DNA of 64,000 nucleotides, taken from a virus (taxonomy: Duplodnaviria; Caudoviricetes). The stretch covers positions 1 through 64,000 of the IMG/VR virus record IMGVR_UViG_3300017903_002946, one strand, 5' to 3'. The stretch's first letter is position 1. Every line of letters begins with the position of its first letter. A program made the translations under genes and the position numbers. Below the pieces are notes generated by a model that was not told the origin of the DNA, ran no database searches, and saw only the letters and a program-made list of their open reading frames with translations. Below are positions 47,041 to 56,681 of this stretch, piece after piece.

Positions 47041-47211
47041 ATGCATATATCAAATCAACAATCCAAAGAACTCACTGAGATTATTGAAGATACAATTGAA
47101 TATTTTTGCGATAAAGAAAAAGTGTCTGGGCAACTAGCTTGGACCTGTATTGAATGTTTAGCAACTTCAAAACTTGCTGAATTAAATGGTGAACTTACAT
47201 CTTTTGTGTAA
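47041..47211 (+). CDS. Small hypothetical protein (56 aa)
   Basis: KELTEIIEDTIEYFCDKEKVSGQLAWTCIECLATSKLAELNG. Confidence 0.55.
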   Translation: MHISNQQSKELTEIIEDTIEYFCDKEKVSGQLAWTCIECLATSKLAELNGELTSFV

Positions 47212-47382
47212 TGGTATATACATCCAAAAAAATTGCACAGGCATGTGTAGACTATGTCGTTCCCATGTGCAATACTCACCATACAAATCGACTTGAAGTT
47301 CTTGAAACTATGGCAGTTTTAATTGCTAAAGAGATTTCACATCTTAAAAGCATAGATCCTGTTAGAAATCGATAAAATAAAT

Positions 47383-47401
47383 GCCGCTTAACAGCGGCTT
47401 T
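47383..47401 (+). repeat. TANC-loop hairpin
   Basis: GCCGCT-TAAC-AGCGGC-TTT, identical to 35495 and 37363. Confidence 0.85.
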
Positions 47402-47445
47402 AGTTCTTAATGCCTTTAAGGCATCTGTCAAACAAATACATTTCC

Positions 47446-48096
47446 ATGACTATTCTCCAAGACAACACAGCTATTGTTTCAGATTTGATTGCTGGTGGTC
47501 AGCAATCTGATGTCAGCATGATGATTGGTGTCGGTGTCAATAAAGATAGCGATGCAGTATTTTTCATGTATCGCGGTGATGATCAAGAGCCAGTTGCACT
47601 TACTATTCCAACTTCGGGTAAACCTTTGACTCGCCTTGGCAATGTCAAAGTGACTGGTATCAATATTGCTGAAGATATTGGCTCATTTAAGTCCACCAAG
47701 CTCAATCTTTTTTTGACTACTAACACAGGTACAGTTATTCTTGTTACTTCTGGATTGACAACTCTCTGGTCCCAATGTGTCTTGACTGGCTTAATGGGAG
47801 CATTCAATACTGGCAATCTTGAATTTGCTTTGACTTTGGATACCTGGAAAGGTAATTCCAAAATGAAGCCATGCTTTGCCGCTATCCGTTCTGGCGATCT
47901 TAAAATGTCTGATACTGATTTGTATGAGCAACTTAAAGAAGCCCGATCTGATCGTGATAATAAAAAAGTAGAAACTATTTTGCGTGATTGTGTTTCAATT
48001 CTCAGTCATTCAATCTCACCTTCAGACGAAAAAGATCTTAAAGTATTGAATGTGAATATTCACCATAACAACGACAATAACGAGGAGCTTTTCTGA
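47446..48096 (+). CDS. Hypothetical protein
   Basis: ATG 47446 preferred; beta-rich 216-aa ORF. Confidence 0.6.
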   Translation: MTILQDNTAIVSDLIAGGQQSDVSMMIGVGVNKDSDAVFFMYRGDDQEPVALTIPTSGKPLTRLGNVKVTGINIAEDIGSFKSTKLNLFLTTNTGTVILVTSGLTTLWSQCVLTGLMGAFNTGNLEFALTLDTWKGNSKMKPCFAAIRSGDLKMSDTDLYEQLKEARSDRDNKKVETILRDCVSILSHSISPSDEKDLKVLNVNIHHNNDNNEELF

Positions 48097-48629
48097 TGGG
48101 TTCACAGTCTGAACGCCGTAATCTCTATTACGAAGAAAATGATCAATATGATCCTTTGATTTCAGTAGATATCAACGAATATCTTATTGAAAGTTGGCCT
48201 ACTTTAACATTAAAACAACGTACTTCTGTTTGGACTCTTTGTCAAAATGATGAAGAATTTGATTACACCAGTATTTACGATCAGATTGATGATTATGTAT
48301 ATAAACTTGCTGAAAGTGATTCTGAAGTATATTTGGGTGATGATTCTTCTGATTATGAAGAATATGATGACGATGAAAATGACGATGACACTGATGATGA
48401 AGACGAAAGTCTTGATGGTTATCTAATTGTCGATGTTGTCACTTATTTGTCAGATAAATATCCAAATATTACTGAAGAACAACTTTTTGAAATTTCAGAC
48501 CATATGAATAGCGACGAAGCATTTAGCTGGGATGCTCTTTATACCTATATGGATTTTTACGTCAAGCAATATGCATGCGAAGTAGATAATACTATTAATT
48601 TAGAAGAATCTTCAGATGAAGCTGAATGA
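48096..48629 (+). CDS. Highly acidic protein with internal domain duplication
   Basis: Two aligned ~55-aa repeats separated by a poly-Asp/Glu linker. Confidence 0.65.
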   Translation: MGSQSERRNLYYEENDQYDPLISVDINEYLIESWPTLTLKQRTSVWTLCQNDEEFDYTSIYDQIDDYVYKLAESDSEVYLGDDSSDYEEYDDDENDDDTDDEDESLDGYLIVDVVTYLSDKYPNITEEQLFEISDHMNSDEAFSWDALYTYMDFYVKQYACEVDNTINLEESSDEAE

Positions 48630-50162
48630 GTATTGACTCAATTGCTGAACTTCAAACTACACGTAGATATTTAACTTCTATTTTGTTAAATCTACCAATA
48701 CAAACAAATGATATAAGTGTGGCAAGCCTTCTTGTCATGCTTGATCATTTTGTAGCCAATCCAAAAGATTATCTTGAACTTATTAAATGTCAAGAACAGT
48801 AATTATCAATGACTACGATGCACTCGATGTCGTATTGCTGTGTCACGCAGCACTGGCCCAGGACTCACCAGAAACTCCTACGTTCTATTTCAACCAAATA
48901 CTCAATCTTATGTTTGGTTATCTCAATACTGCTCAACGAAAAGAAGTCGAAGAGTATCTTGCTGAGAAGAAGTATCTGCCTGAGGTAAAAATCGAACTAA
49001 GTAAATGAAACTAACCAAAGAAAATCAGGAGTTTCTTGACACACTGTTTGACAATTTAATGAAACATACAGACAGTAACATGATTGATTTGCACGATGAT
49101 GACTCGTGTTGTGACCACATTGAATTCGAAAAGCTAGTTGACAATGATTGATTACGATATTAAATACATTGATAAAGAAGGTGACCAGCAAGACTTTGTA
49201 ATCACTTCAATTGATGCAAGGACGGCAATGAACAATTTGTTTGAGCTGTGTCCAGATGCTAAGCGAATTGTTCGCTGCACACCCAAACCAATGTTTGAGG
49301 ACTAATGGAATTAAATTCTGAAGCTATTGAACATTTCAAAGACTACCTTGTTGAATCAATGAATGATGATGTTTATTATCAACTAAAAGATTGGCTTAAT
49401 CAAGTACTTGGTGAAGATCAGGATTTTGATGAAGCAATCAATTTCTTTGTGGATAATCTCCATGGCTCACTTCAATGGATTGACTAATGTTCAAAACACA
49501 AACTGAAATGGAAGCTATTGCAGTTTCCAAGCCAACAATCCGGACTGTGTTTAATCCACAAACGCTAAACGAAGATGAGCATCTTGGTTATGACGCAGAG
49601 GTGCAATACAAACGCAAAGAAAATACTGTGCGTTTGATTATATGTAGCCAGCTAGATACAGTACGAGTTGGTGAACCTGTGATGATTTCATATCATTCAG
49701 GAATGAGATGTTATCAACATAGCCGCCACGTTGTAACATCTAATGAGGAGAATTGCATTGGCGGTTTCTACTTTACTGACGGTAAAAAAGCATGAATGAT
49801 TTAGACATACTCACAGCTCGTGAGCAATTGATGGAAGACATTGATTCTATCATTGAGACAACATTTAATGAGGTGTTCCCACATACAAAAGAATATAAGG
49901 AACTACAAGATGATCTCGTTATAACCTTATGTGACGCTGTCTGTACAAACTTATCTGCTAACCACAGTACAAAAGCATGAATCAACTTGTTTTTGATTAT
50001 TTATGTGATCTTGCAAACAATAAAACTGTTGACGGCTTAGTTGACGACAACGTCTGGGAAGCAAGTACATATATTATTGAAAATTTTAATTATCAAGATA
50101 TCTACAATCAAATAGATAATCTTCTTGAAAATTATTTAGTGCAACACAGCACAGAAGATTGA
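48626..50162 (+). other. Run of small coupled hypothetical genes (48626-48802, 48787-49008, 49005-49151, 49144-49305, 49305-49487, 49487-49795, 49792-49980, 49977-50162)
   Basis: Consecutive ORFs with overlapping stop/start codons; mostly acidic products. Confidence 0.6.
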
Positions 50163-50231
50163 ACACTTTACAAAACAGCAAATCATTGGAGATAAAGAGC
50201 ATATGGACTACGAACCCATTGACGTAATTTA

Positions 50232-50579
50232 ATGATGAAACATTACAAACTCTATGTTTTTACCCAAGACGCTTGTCCTCCTTGCGCACGGCTCAAGAAC
50301 TATGTCGAAACTCTCTCAGAAGATGAAAGGGCTGAGCTTGATTTTGTCCCACTTAAGACGGCCTCTGGTCAGCGTACGGCGCTTGCAGAGGAGCTTGCGG
50401 TGGATCTTACACCAACACTCGTTGTCTGCCACGAGACTATCTCTTGTGAGATTGCTAGTGACGACGAAGAATACTGCGAGTTGGAAGAAGAATCTGTAGA
50501 GCGCTTTGTTGGTGCTGCTGCAATTATTGAAAACCTCGACAGTCTACTTGACGCATATACATACGCACATCCTGAATGA
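50232..50579 (+). CDS. Thioredoxin/glutaredoxin-like protein
   Basis: YVFTQDACPPCARLK (CPPC), VDLTPTLVV. Confidence 0.8.
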   Translation: MMKHYKLYVFTQDACPPCARLKNYVETLSEDERAELDFVPLKTASGQRTALAEELAVDLTPTLVVCHETISCEIASDDEEYCELEEESVERFVGAAAIIENLDSLLDAYTYAHPE

Positions 50580-50584
50580 TTTAA

Positions 50585-50812
50585 ATGTCGAAGAAAAGTA
50601 ACATAATTGAAGCGAAAGGCACTATTTTTAAAGAAAGTGGCAACGGATATTTCAACGTAGAACTTGAAGAACCTAAAGGTCATAATTGTCTGTGCCGTGC
50701 CTCAGGTCGCTTGATCACTCGCAAGATTCAATTGCTTGTGGGTGATCGAGTTACTGTTGAATTGTCACCATATGATCTTGATCGTGGACGTATAACACTC
50801 CGCGAAAAATGA
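50585..50812 (+). CDS. infA: Translation initiation factor IF-1
   Basis: IEAKGTI...FNVEL...ASGRL...I.LLVGDRVTVELSPYDLDRGRIT.R signature. Confidence 0.92.
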   Translation: MSKKSNIIEAKGTIFKESGNGYFNVELEEPKGHNCLCRASGRLITRKIQLLVGDRVTVELSPYDLDRGRITLREK

Positions 50813-51294
50813 ACAAAACAACTATAAACTGGTATAACGCAATTAAAAAACAAATGACATTAGGAGATCAAGCACGAGTATTTCGCAAAACGTTTAATCA
50901 AGAAATACTTGATAATATTTCCCGCTACGGTTTCGTTAAGAAGCAATTGTGGGACATGCAAGTGGGACTTATTAACGAAGAATCTTGTGAGTTTCTTGAA
51001 GCTGCTGAGGAACTATATGCAGATCCTGAAGATCAAGACCTTCGTCAATCACTTGTTAAAGAGTTAAGTGATTTAGTCTTTGTCTGCTATCAATTTGCAG
51101 CTGCTTTTAATATTGATTTAGACAGGGCAATGACCCTTATTTTTGAATCTAATATGAGTAAACTAGATGCACAAGGCATGCCAATCTATCGAGAAGATGG
51201 CAAGGTTTTAAAGGGTCCTAACTATAAAGCTCCAGATCTTTCTTCGTGTTTGCCATTGCCCCTACTTTCTTATGACGAATCCCATGGAAAATAA
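50809..51294 (+). CDS. mazG: MazG-like nucleotide pyrophosphohydrolase
   Basis: LINEESCEFLEA...KELSDLVFVCY...SNMSKL...REDGKVLKGPNY. Confidence 0.85.
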   Translation: MNKTTINWYNAIKKQMTLGDQARVFRKTFNQEILDNISRYGFVKKQLWDMQVGLINEESCEFLEAAEELYADPEDQDLRQSLVKELSDLVFVCYQFAAAFNIDLDRAMTLIFESNMSKLDAQGMPIYREDGKVLKGPNYKAPDLSSCLPLPLLSYDESHGK

Positions 51295-52711
51295 TCAAAT
51301 GATTGCTCGTACTGGTCGAGTTCAATCCTGGATGGATGATCAAACCAGTCGGTTGCCTGTGTCGTGCACAGTCTTTGTTGTTGATGACTCGATGGAAGGT
51401 CCTAATGGTATCGAAGCAAGCTGGCGTTTTGTCTCTCATGCACTTCGTAATGGCGCTGGAGTCGCGGTCCACCTTTCAAAACTACGCGCTAGAGGAAGCG
51501 ATAATGGCAAGGGACTTGTTGCATCTGGTCCTTGCTCGTTTGGACAAATATATTCAATGCTCAACCAAACTCTCAGACGAGGAGGTATCTATAAAAACGG
51601 AGCAGTAGTTCTTCATCTAGATATCAATCATCCTGATATCCTAGAATTTGTTCAAATGCAGCGTAACGAAATTCCTTGGGCTAAACGTTGCGTTAATGTC
51701 ACAACTACATTTTGGAATGAAGCTACACGTGAAGTTAAAGATGCAATCATTGCTGGCATCAAACGTGGAGACATCTGGCTTGCAAAAATGCGCACTGATC
51801 AATACGGTCGGCGTATCTATGCAAACGTTTGTCTAGAAGTCTTTTTACGCTCACGTGGCACTTGTTTGTTGGAACACATTAACTTGGGTGCATGCACACC
51901 TGAAGAAATTCCTCAAGCTTTTGTAGATGGCATGGAAGAACTTATTGAATTGCACTCCAAAACTGGTGTAGAAAATACTGGTGAGTATTTAACCCAAGAT
52001 GAAGATCGACAAGTTGGTCTTGGAATGCTTGGATTAGCTAATTTGTTGGCACTTGAAAAAGTTACTTATGCACAATTTGCTGAAGCTTTAGAAGAATGCC
52101 TTTGGCCTGAAAGAAGCTATATCGTGACTCCTCCTGCCCGTAAAATTGTAAAAGCACTTAAGCGAGGCATTGATGCCGCAGCAGCTGTAGCACGCCTGTC
52201 CAACATGGATCGTGCGTTTGCAATTGCTCCAACTGCATCATGCAGCTATCGCTACACTGATCGAGCAGGCTATACAACGGCCCCTGAATTGGCTCCGCCA
52301 ATCGGGCGCACAGTTGATAGGGACAGCTCTACATTTGGGGTTCAATCCTTTGACTACGGTCTAGTTGAAACAGCTGAAGAAGTCGGCTGGAATGACTACA
52401 AACGTACTGTTGATGGAATTATGGAACTTCTTAACCGCACTGGCCTTGCACACGGTTATAGTTTTAATTCTTGGAGTGATGTCGTAATTTACGACGATCA
52501 GTTTATTGATTCGTGGCTTGCATCTCCACAAACAAGTTTGTATTATTCATTGCAAGTCATGCAGAATACCCAAGATAAAACTGATGCAATGGCTGCATTA
52601 GGCGGCAATTTCGAATCTATTTTTGGATTTGATGAATTAGATGCTGATGACAACGATGTGTCATTGACAATGTTCAATGATCCTGCAGCCTGTGTAGGTT
52701 GCGCAGAATAA
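51284..52711 (+). CDS. nrdA: Ribonucleotide reductase alpha subunit, minimal cyanophage type without ATP cone
   Basis: PVSCTVF, YANVCLEV, CLLEHINL, RQVGLGMLGLA, AIAPTASCS. Confidence 0.9.
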   Translation: MENNQMIARTGRVQSWMDDQTSRLPVSCTVFVVDDSMEGPNGIEASWRFVSHALRNGAGVAVHLSKLRARGSDNGKGLVASGPCSFGQIYSMLNQTLRRGGIYKNGAVVLHLDINHPDILEFVQMQRNEIPWAKRCVNVTTTFWNEATREVKDAIIAGIKRGDIWLAKMRTDQYGRRIYANVCLEVFLRSRGTCLLEHINLGACTPEEIPQAFVDGMEELIELHSKTGVENTGEYLTQDEDRQVGLGMLGLANLLALEKVTYAQFAEALEECLWPERSYIVTPPARKIVKALKRGIDAAAAVARLSNMDRAFAIAPTASCSYRYTDRAGYTTAPELAPPIGRTVDRDSSTFGVQSFDYGLVETAEEVGWNDYKRTVDGIMELLNRTGLAHGYSFNSWSDVVIYDDQFIDSWLASPQTSLYYSLQVMQNTQDKTDAMAALGGNFESIFGFDELDADDNDVSLTMFNDPAACVGCAE

Positions 52712-52770
52712 CCAAGCCTTTAATAAGAAAATCTCTTATTAAAAGAAACCAACTAACCTTTAATAAGATA

Positions 52771-53502
52771 ATGAAAGCAGAAACTCCTTACATCCAACTT
52801 CATCAGCGTAAACGTACATGGACACCTGTTCAAGTATCGTCTGGCCAACTTCTCGAAGGAGGCGAAGAAGTCATTCAACGTGCCCTTTCTTTGCGTTGCT
52901 TAGAAATTCCAGTTGGTGATTTTATTCAAGATGCTATGAAAGGTGACTTGCCTGATGTCAAAGGCTGCAAAGAACTTCTTGAAAGTAATGTACAAGACGA
53001 AATTAAACACGATATTGCACTCAACTATGCAGCTAAAGTCCATAAAATTCCTAAACAATTTGAAAAAGAAGCTGCGCATATTTGTAAAACATGGCTTGAA
53101 CTTGATCGACATCCAGTCCTTAAAGCCGTTGTATTGGAAAGATCCGTCTTCTTTGTTCTCTTACCAATCTTTCGATTCCTTGGAGACACGGGATTGCGCA
53201 CGACAAGTGCCGACATCTCACGAGATGAACAGACCCATGTTGCTGCCAACACGCTTGTCTGTGAGGCGCTTGGACTTACCTCTGACAAAACCCTCAACAA
53301 TCTCCGCCGCGCTACGATCGCATGGTGCCTTCAATCCCTCCAAGGCAAATCTGATCACAAACATCTCTCGGCAAACTTCTGGCTTACAAGTTCAGATTCT
53401 TTGTATTCAAGAGGCAAAGCGGAAGGGTTGATGGAAACAAGAGCTTCACGTATGCCGGCTTTCTTTGAAACTAGCAGTGTTAATCTTCCTCAATATGCTT
53501 AA
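52771..53502 (+). CDS. nrdB: Ribonucleotide reductase beta subunit (ferritin-like)
   Basis: LEIPV, DEIKH, VLERSVFF, DEQTH metal-ligand motifs; directly after the alpha gene; ATG 52771 preferred. Confidence 0.75.
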   Translation: MKAETPYIQLHQRKRTWTPVQVSSGQLLEGGEEVIQRALSLRCLEIPVGDFIQDAMKGDLPDVKGCKELLESNVQDEIKHDIALNYAAKVHKIPKQFEKEAAHICKTWLELDRHPVLKAVVLERSVFFVLLPIFRFLGDTGLRTTSADISRDEQTHVAANTLVCEALGLTSDKTLNNLRRATIAWCLQSLQGKSDHKHLSANFWLTSSDSLYSRGKAEGLMETRASRMPAFFETSSVNLPQYA

Positions 53503-53511
53503 TTAATTTAT

Positions 53512-53769
53512 ATGCCTTCCAAAATTGAAGTTGTTGCTGAAAAAATTTGTCTAGATACATTTGATGATCATTCACTACCAACTGATGTCCATGTAATTAC
53601 TTTTACAAAAGATGGTGAACGTCAGTTTGATGCTGTTCGAGCTTATTCTAAGGTTGATATTTTTAATGAGTATTATGACAAATTAGGCAAAGATAATCCA
53701 ATTCATTCTATTGAATCTGGATATGGACGAATCAAACCTCGAATATACGGTAAAATTTCTGGAGATTAA
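53512..53769 (+). CDS. Hypothetical protein
   Basis: 85-aa ORF after nrdB. Confidence 0.6.
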   Translation: MPSKIEVVAEKICLDTFDDHSLPTDVHVITFTKDGERQFDAVRAYSKVDIFNEYYDKLGKDNPIHSIESGYGRIKPRIYGKISGD

Positions 53770-53770
53770 T

Positions 53771-53971
53771 ATGAATAGTGAATATGGTTCTGTTGAACAC
53801 TATGCTCAACAGTTTTCTGATTGGTTAGCTGATATTCAGGCTGATGAACCACATTATGGAGATAATCTAATTGCTGGTCTTAAGCTTGCATTAGCTGATT
53901 GGAAAAATTATTATCAAAAACAAGTTGCTGAATGTGATCGTATCGAAAAATTATTTGATGAAGAAATCTGA
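53771..53971 (+). CDS. Hypothetical protein
   Basis: ATG 53771 (MNSEYGSVEHY) within track ORF 53711-53971. Confidence 0.5.
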   Translation: MNSEYGSVEHYAQQFSDWLADIQADEPHYGDNLIAGLKLALADWKNYYQKQVAECDRIEKLFDEEI

Positions 53972-54054
53972 TTATCAGCAGCAGCTTTTATTGCTTGTTA
54001 AAAAGTATACCCAACAACTTACTATTAAGCAACTTAAACAATTAATTGCTAAAC

Positions 54055-54678
54055 ATGCATAATGCTAAACTTGTTTGGATAACTCCAGACGCAGAAAAAC
54101 TTATTGGCAAAATTGCAAGAGTTTCAAATCCTAAAAACGAAGACAATCCTAATGTCGAAAAACTCATCCGATATCTTATCAAACACAAACACTGGAGCCC
54201 ATTTGAAATGGCGTCCATGTGCGTCGAGATTAAGACTACACGCGCTATTGCTCCGCAAATATTACGCCACAGATCCTTCTCATTTCAAGAGTTCAGTCAA
54301 CGCTATGCAATCCCAACTGAATTAGTTGTTCCTGATCTTCGTCGTCAAGATTTGAAAAATAGACAAAATAGTATTGATGATTTACCTAAAGAAACAGTCG
54401 AATTGCTTCAACACCAAATCAATAATCATTATCGAAGCTCTTTAGATATTTATAATAGTATGTTGGACTATGGTGTAGCTAAAGAGTGTGCGCGTTCTGT
54501 TCTCCCTCTTAATACAGCAACACGTTTATATATGTCCGGTACTATTAGAAGTTGGCTTCATTATGTTGATCTTCGAGCTGATAATGGCACACAACATGAG
54601 CACATGATAATTGCCAGATCAATTGGAGAATTACTTGCCGATCAAGTTCCTACTATTGCTCGCGCAATGTGGGACTGA
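54055..54678 (+). CDS. thyX: FAD-dependent thymidylate synthase
   Basis: HWSPFE, QILRHRSFSFQEFSQRY, KECARSVLP, TQHEH. Confidence 0.97.
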   Translation: MHNAKLVWITPDAEKLIGKIARVSNPKNEDNPNVEKLIRYLIKHKHWSPFEMASMCVEIKTTRAIAPQILRHRSFSFQEFSQRYAIPTELVVPDLRRQDLKNRQNSIDDLPKETVELLQHQINNHYRSSLDIYNSMLDYGVAKECARSVLPLNTATRLYMSGTIRSWLHYVDLRADNGTQHEHMIIARSIGELLADQVPTIARAMWD

Positions 54679-54714
54679 CCTTTAATATAAAGACTGAAAA
54701 ACTAAACAGTCATA

Positions 54715-55374
54715 ATGAATTTTATTGCTGCAACAATTGAATTACGATCCTTTATTTCAGATCCGATCAATGCTTATGGTCTTGATTATCGTGGCGCTGA
54801 TGCTGTTGTGCCCAGTGGTAGTGGCGCTTCAGAGGTTAAACTTAGAGTCCTCTGTTATGACCGTGAAGGGCCGAAGCTTTCTCTTTTTAAAGAATGGAAG
54901 CCAAATACAAGAGCTTTGATTACTGGTAATCTTGTTTTTTCTGATGATACAAGTAAACCACTTGATCTCATTGTTACAACAATTGAACCGGGTATTCCTG
55001 ATTCTGTGTATTGCAATCAAGTTGTATTAGGCAATGCTTTCTTCGGCGCAGATGAAATTAAAGAACGTAAAAATAATCAAGTAGCAGTGAAAATTGGTAC
55101 GTCTCTCGACAACTCTGACATTGTGACTTGGCTTTTCCTAGAAACTCATGAATCAAGAAAGAAAAAACTTACAGATCGAATCCGCAAAGGACGGCCTATC
55201 TGCGTTCAAGGCTACCTCCGCGAATATCGCAAGGATGACAGTGACAGCCCTTATCGTGCCATTGTTGCATCTGACTTCACGACTCGAAAAGATCGAGAAA
55301 AATCTAGCAGGAATCCACAAACGAATGGTTCAGCAGCGGGTTACACAGAAGTTGATCCAACGCCGGATTATTGA
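54715..55374 (+). CDS. ssb: SSB-like protein, probably two OB folds
   Basis: TWLFLET...RKGRPICVQGYLREYR...IVASDF; acidic C-terminal tip. Confidence 0.6.
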   Translation: MNFIAATIELRSFISDPINAYGLDYRGADAVVPSGSGASEVKLRVLCYDREGPKLSLFKEWKPNTRALITGNLVFSDDTSKPLDLIVTTIEPGIPDSVYCNQVVLGNAFFGADEIKERKNNQVAVKIGTSLDNSDIVTWLFLETHESRKKKLTDRIRKGRPICVQGYLREYRKDDSDSPYRAIVASDFTTRKDREKSSRNPQTNGSAAGYTEVDPTPDY

Positions 55375-55418
55375 ACGTAAGATTCACCTAGCTCGAAATC
55401 TTTCGGGCTGGGATTATC

Positions 55419-55880
55419 CTATTTACCAATATTTCCAATAGGATACATTTTATTCATGCGTTTAATTTCCTCAGGTGTAAAATCTCCAAAAGTTGGATTA
55501 TAGTTTCCATCGAAATCAGCAATACCATGAGTCATGCCGTGGTTATAGCCTTTATGGTAAGGCTGCAAGGATCTTTCATTGAACGGTAAATCTTTATCTT
55601 CAGGATAATATGGCATTTGCATATATCCACCATCACCTTGCCCAGGATAGTAAGGCATTTTTTTCACACCAGATTTATCTCCGGGTCTTAAAAGAAAGTC
55701 AGTTAAACCCCCATCTAATCCTGACGTTTTCATTCCTGTAATTGCACCAAGCAATCCACCATCAGTAAGGTTTACTCCTGTAGCTGAACCAACTAATCCA
55801 CCTTTCATAACCATATCAGTAAGGTCAATGCCAGTTAAAGCACCAACTAAACCTTTACCAAAGACATCTGCAAAACGCAT
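55419..55880 (-). CDS. Late-type glycine-zipper hypothetical protein
   Basis: GLVGxxTG repeats; TACAAT box at 55904-55909; ATG 55880. Confidence 0.55.
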   Translation of the reverse strand: MRFADVFGKGLVGALTGIDLTDMVMKGGLVGSATGVNLTDGGLLGAITGMKTSGLDGGLTDFLLRPGDKSGVKKMPYYPGQGDGGYMQMPYYPEDKDLPFNERSLQPYHKGYNHGMTHGIADFDGNYNPTFGDFTPEEIKRMNKMYPIGNIGK

Positions 55881-55943
55881 AATACATAACCTCACATTTT
55901 AATATTGTACAACTTATAGTTGTTATGTCTTAGATATTTAGAT

Positions 55944-56681
55944 ATGACACTGCAAGTTTTACCACCTGAATTACTCGAACAAAGTCAAGAAAAAATTGAA
56001 ACTAAAGAACCTCAACCTTATTGGAAACCAAGCAGTCTTAAAGATGGAGAAAGCGAAGAATTTCGACTTCTGGGCTGTTATGAAACAGGTCATGCAATCA
56101 TGGGTTGGCAGTACGCTTCCGAAGCAGCAGGTCCAGACGGTGAACTCAAATTCAATGGGTACATTGTTACTCGCACTCACCCTGGTACTCCTAGCGATCT
56201 TGCTCGTGAAACTGACTGGTCCAAACCAGATCGACCAAAAATTGATGGCTCCTACGTCAAACCACGTAGGTTTTTAGCTTGGGTAGGTACATCAGCTACT
56301 CGTGGTCGTCTTGAAGTACTGTTTATTGAACAAAAATCTTTACGCGATCAACTTACTGAAATTCTGCAAGAAGTTGAAGATTACACATGGACTGAAGATG
56401 GCCTTGCTAATTTTTCGATTAAGATCTCTCGTAAGGGAGCTGGTTTGGAAACTTCATACAGCATCTTACCGAAGGTGCGAAAAGTTCCACAGAAAATTGT
56501 TGATCAATGGGCATCTAACAAAGATTCAATCTGGCTTCCTAACTTCTTTGAAGGGAAAGATCCTTTTGATGGAAAGCAAGTTGACCAAAAAGGTTTACCT
56601 GCTGGTGGAATAGACAAACGAGGCAGCACTGTGCTTACTACAAAAGCTGCTAAAAATAACGAACCTGAAACTGAATTTTAA
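55944..56681 (+). CDS. Probable gp32-like ssDNA-binding protein
   Basis: KPSSLKDGESEEFRLLG ... IKISRKGAGLETSYSILP; acidic tail; precedes the exonuclease. Confidence 0.5.
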   Translation: MTLQVLPPELLEQSQEKIETKEPQPYWKPSSLKDGESEEFRLLGCYETGHAIMGWQYASEAAGPDGELKFNGYIVTRTHPGTPSDLARETDWSKPDRPKIDGSYVKPRRFLAWVGTSATRGRLEVLFIEQKSLRDQLTEILQEVEDYTWTEDGLANFSIKISRKGAGLETSYSILPKVRKVPQKIVDQWASNKDSIWLPNFFEGKDPFDGKQVDQKGLPAGGIDKRGSTVLTTKAAKNNEPETEF

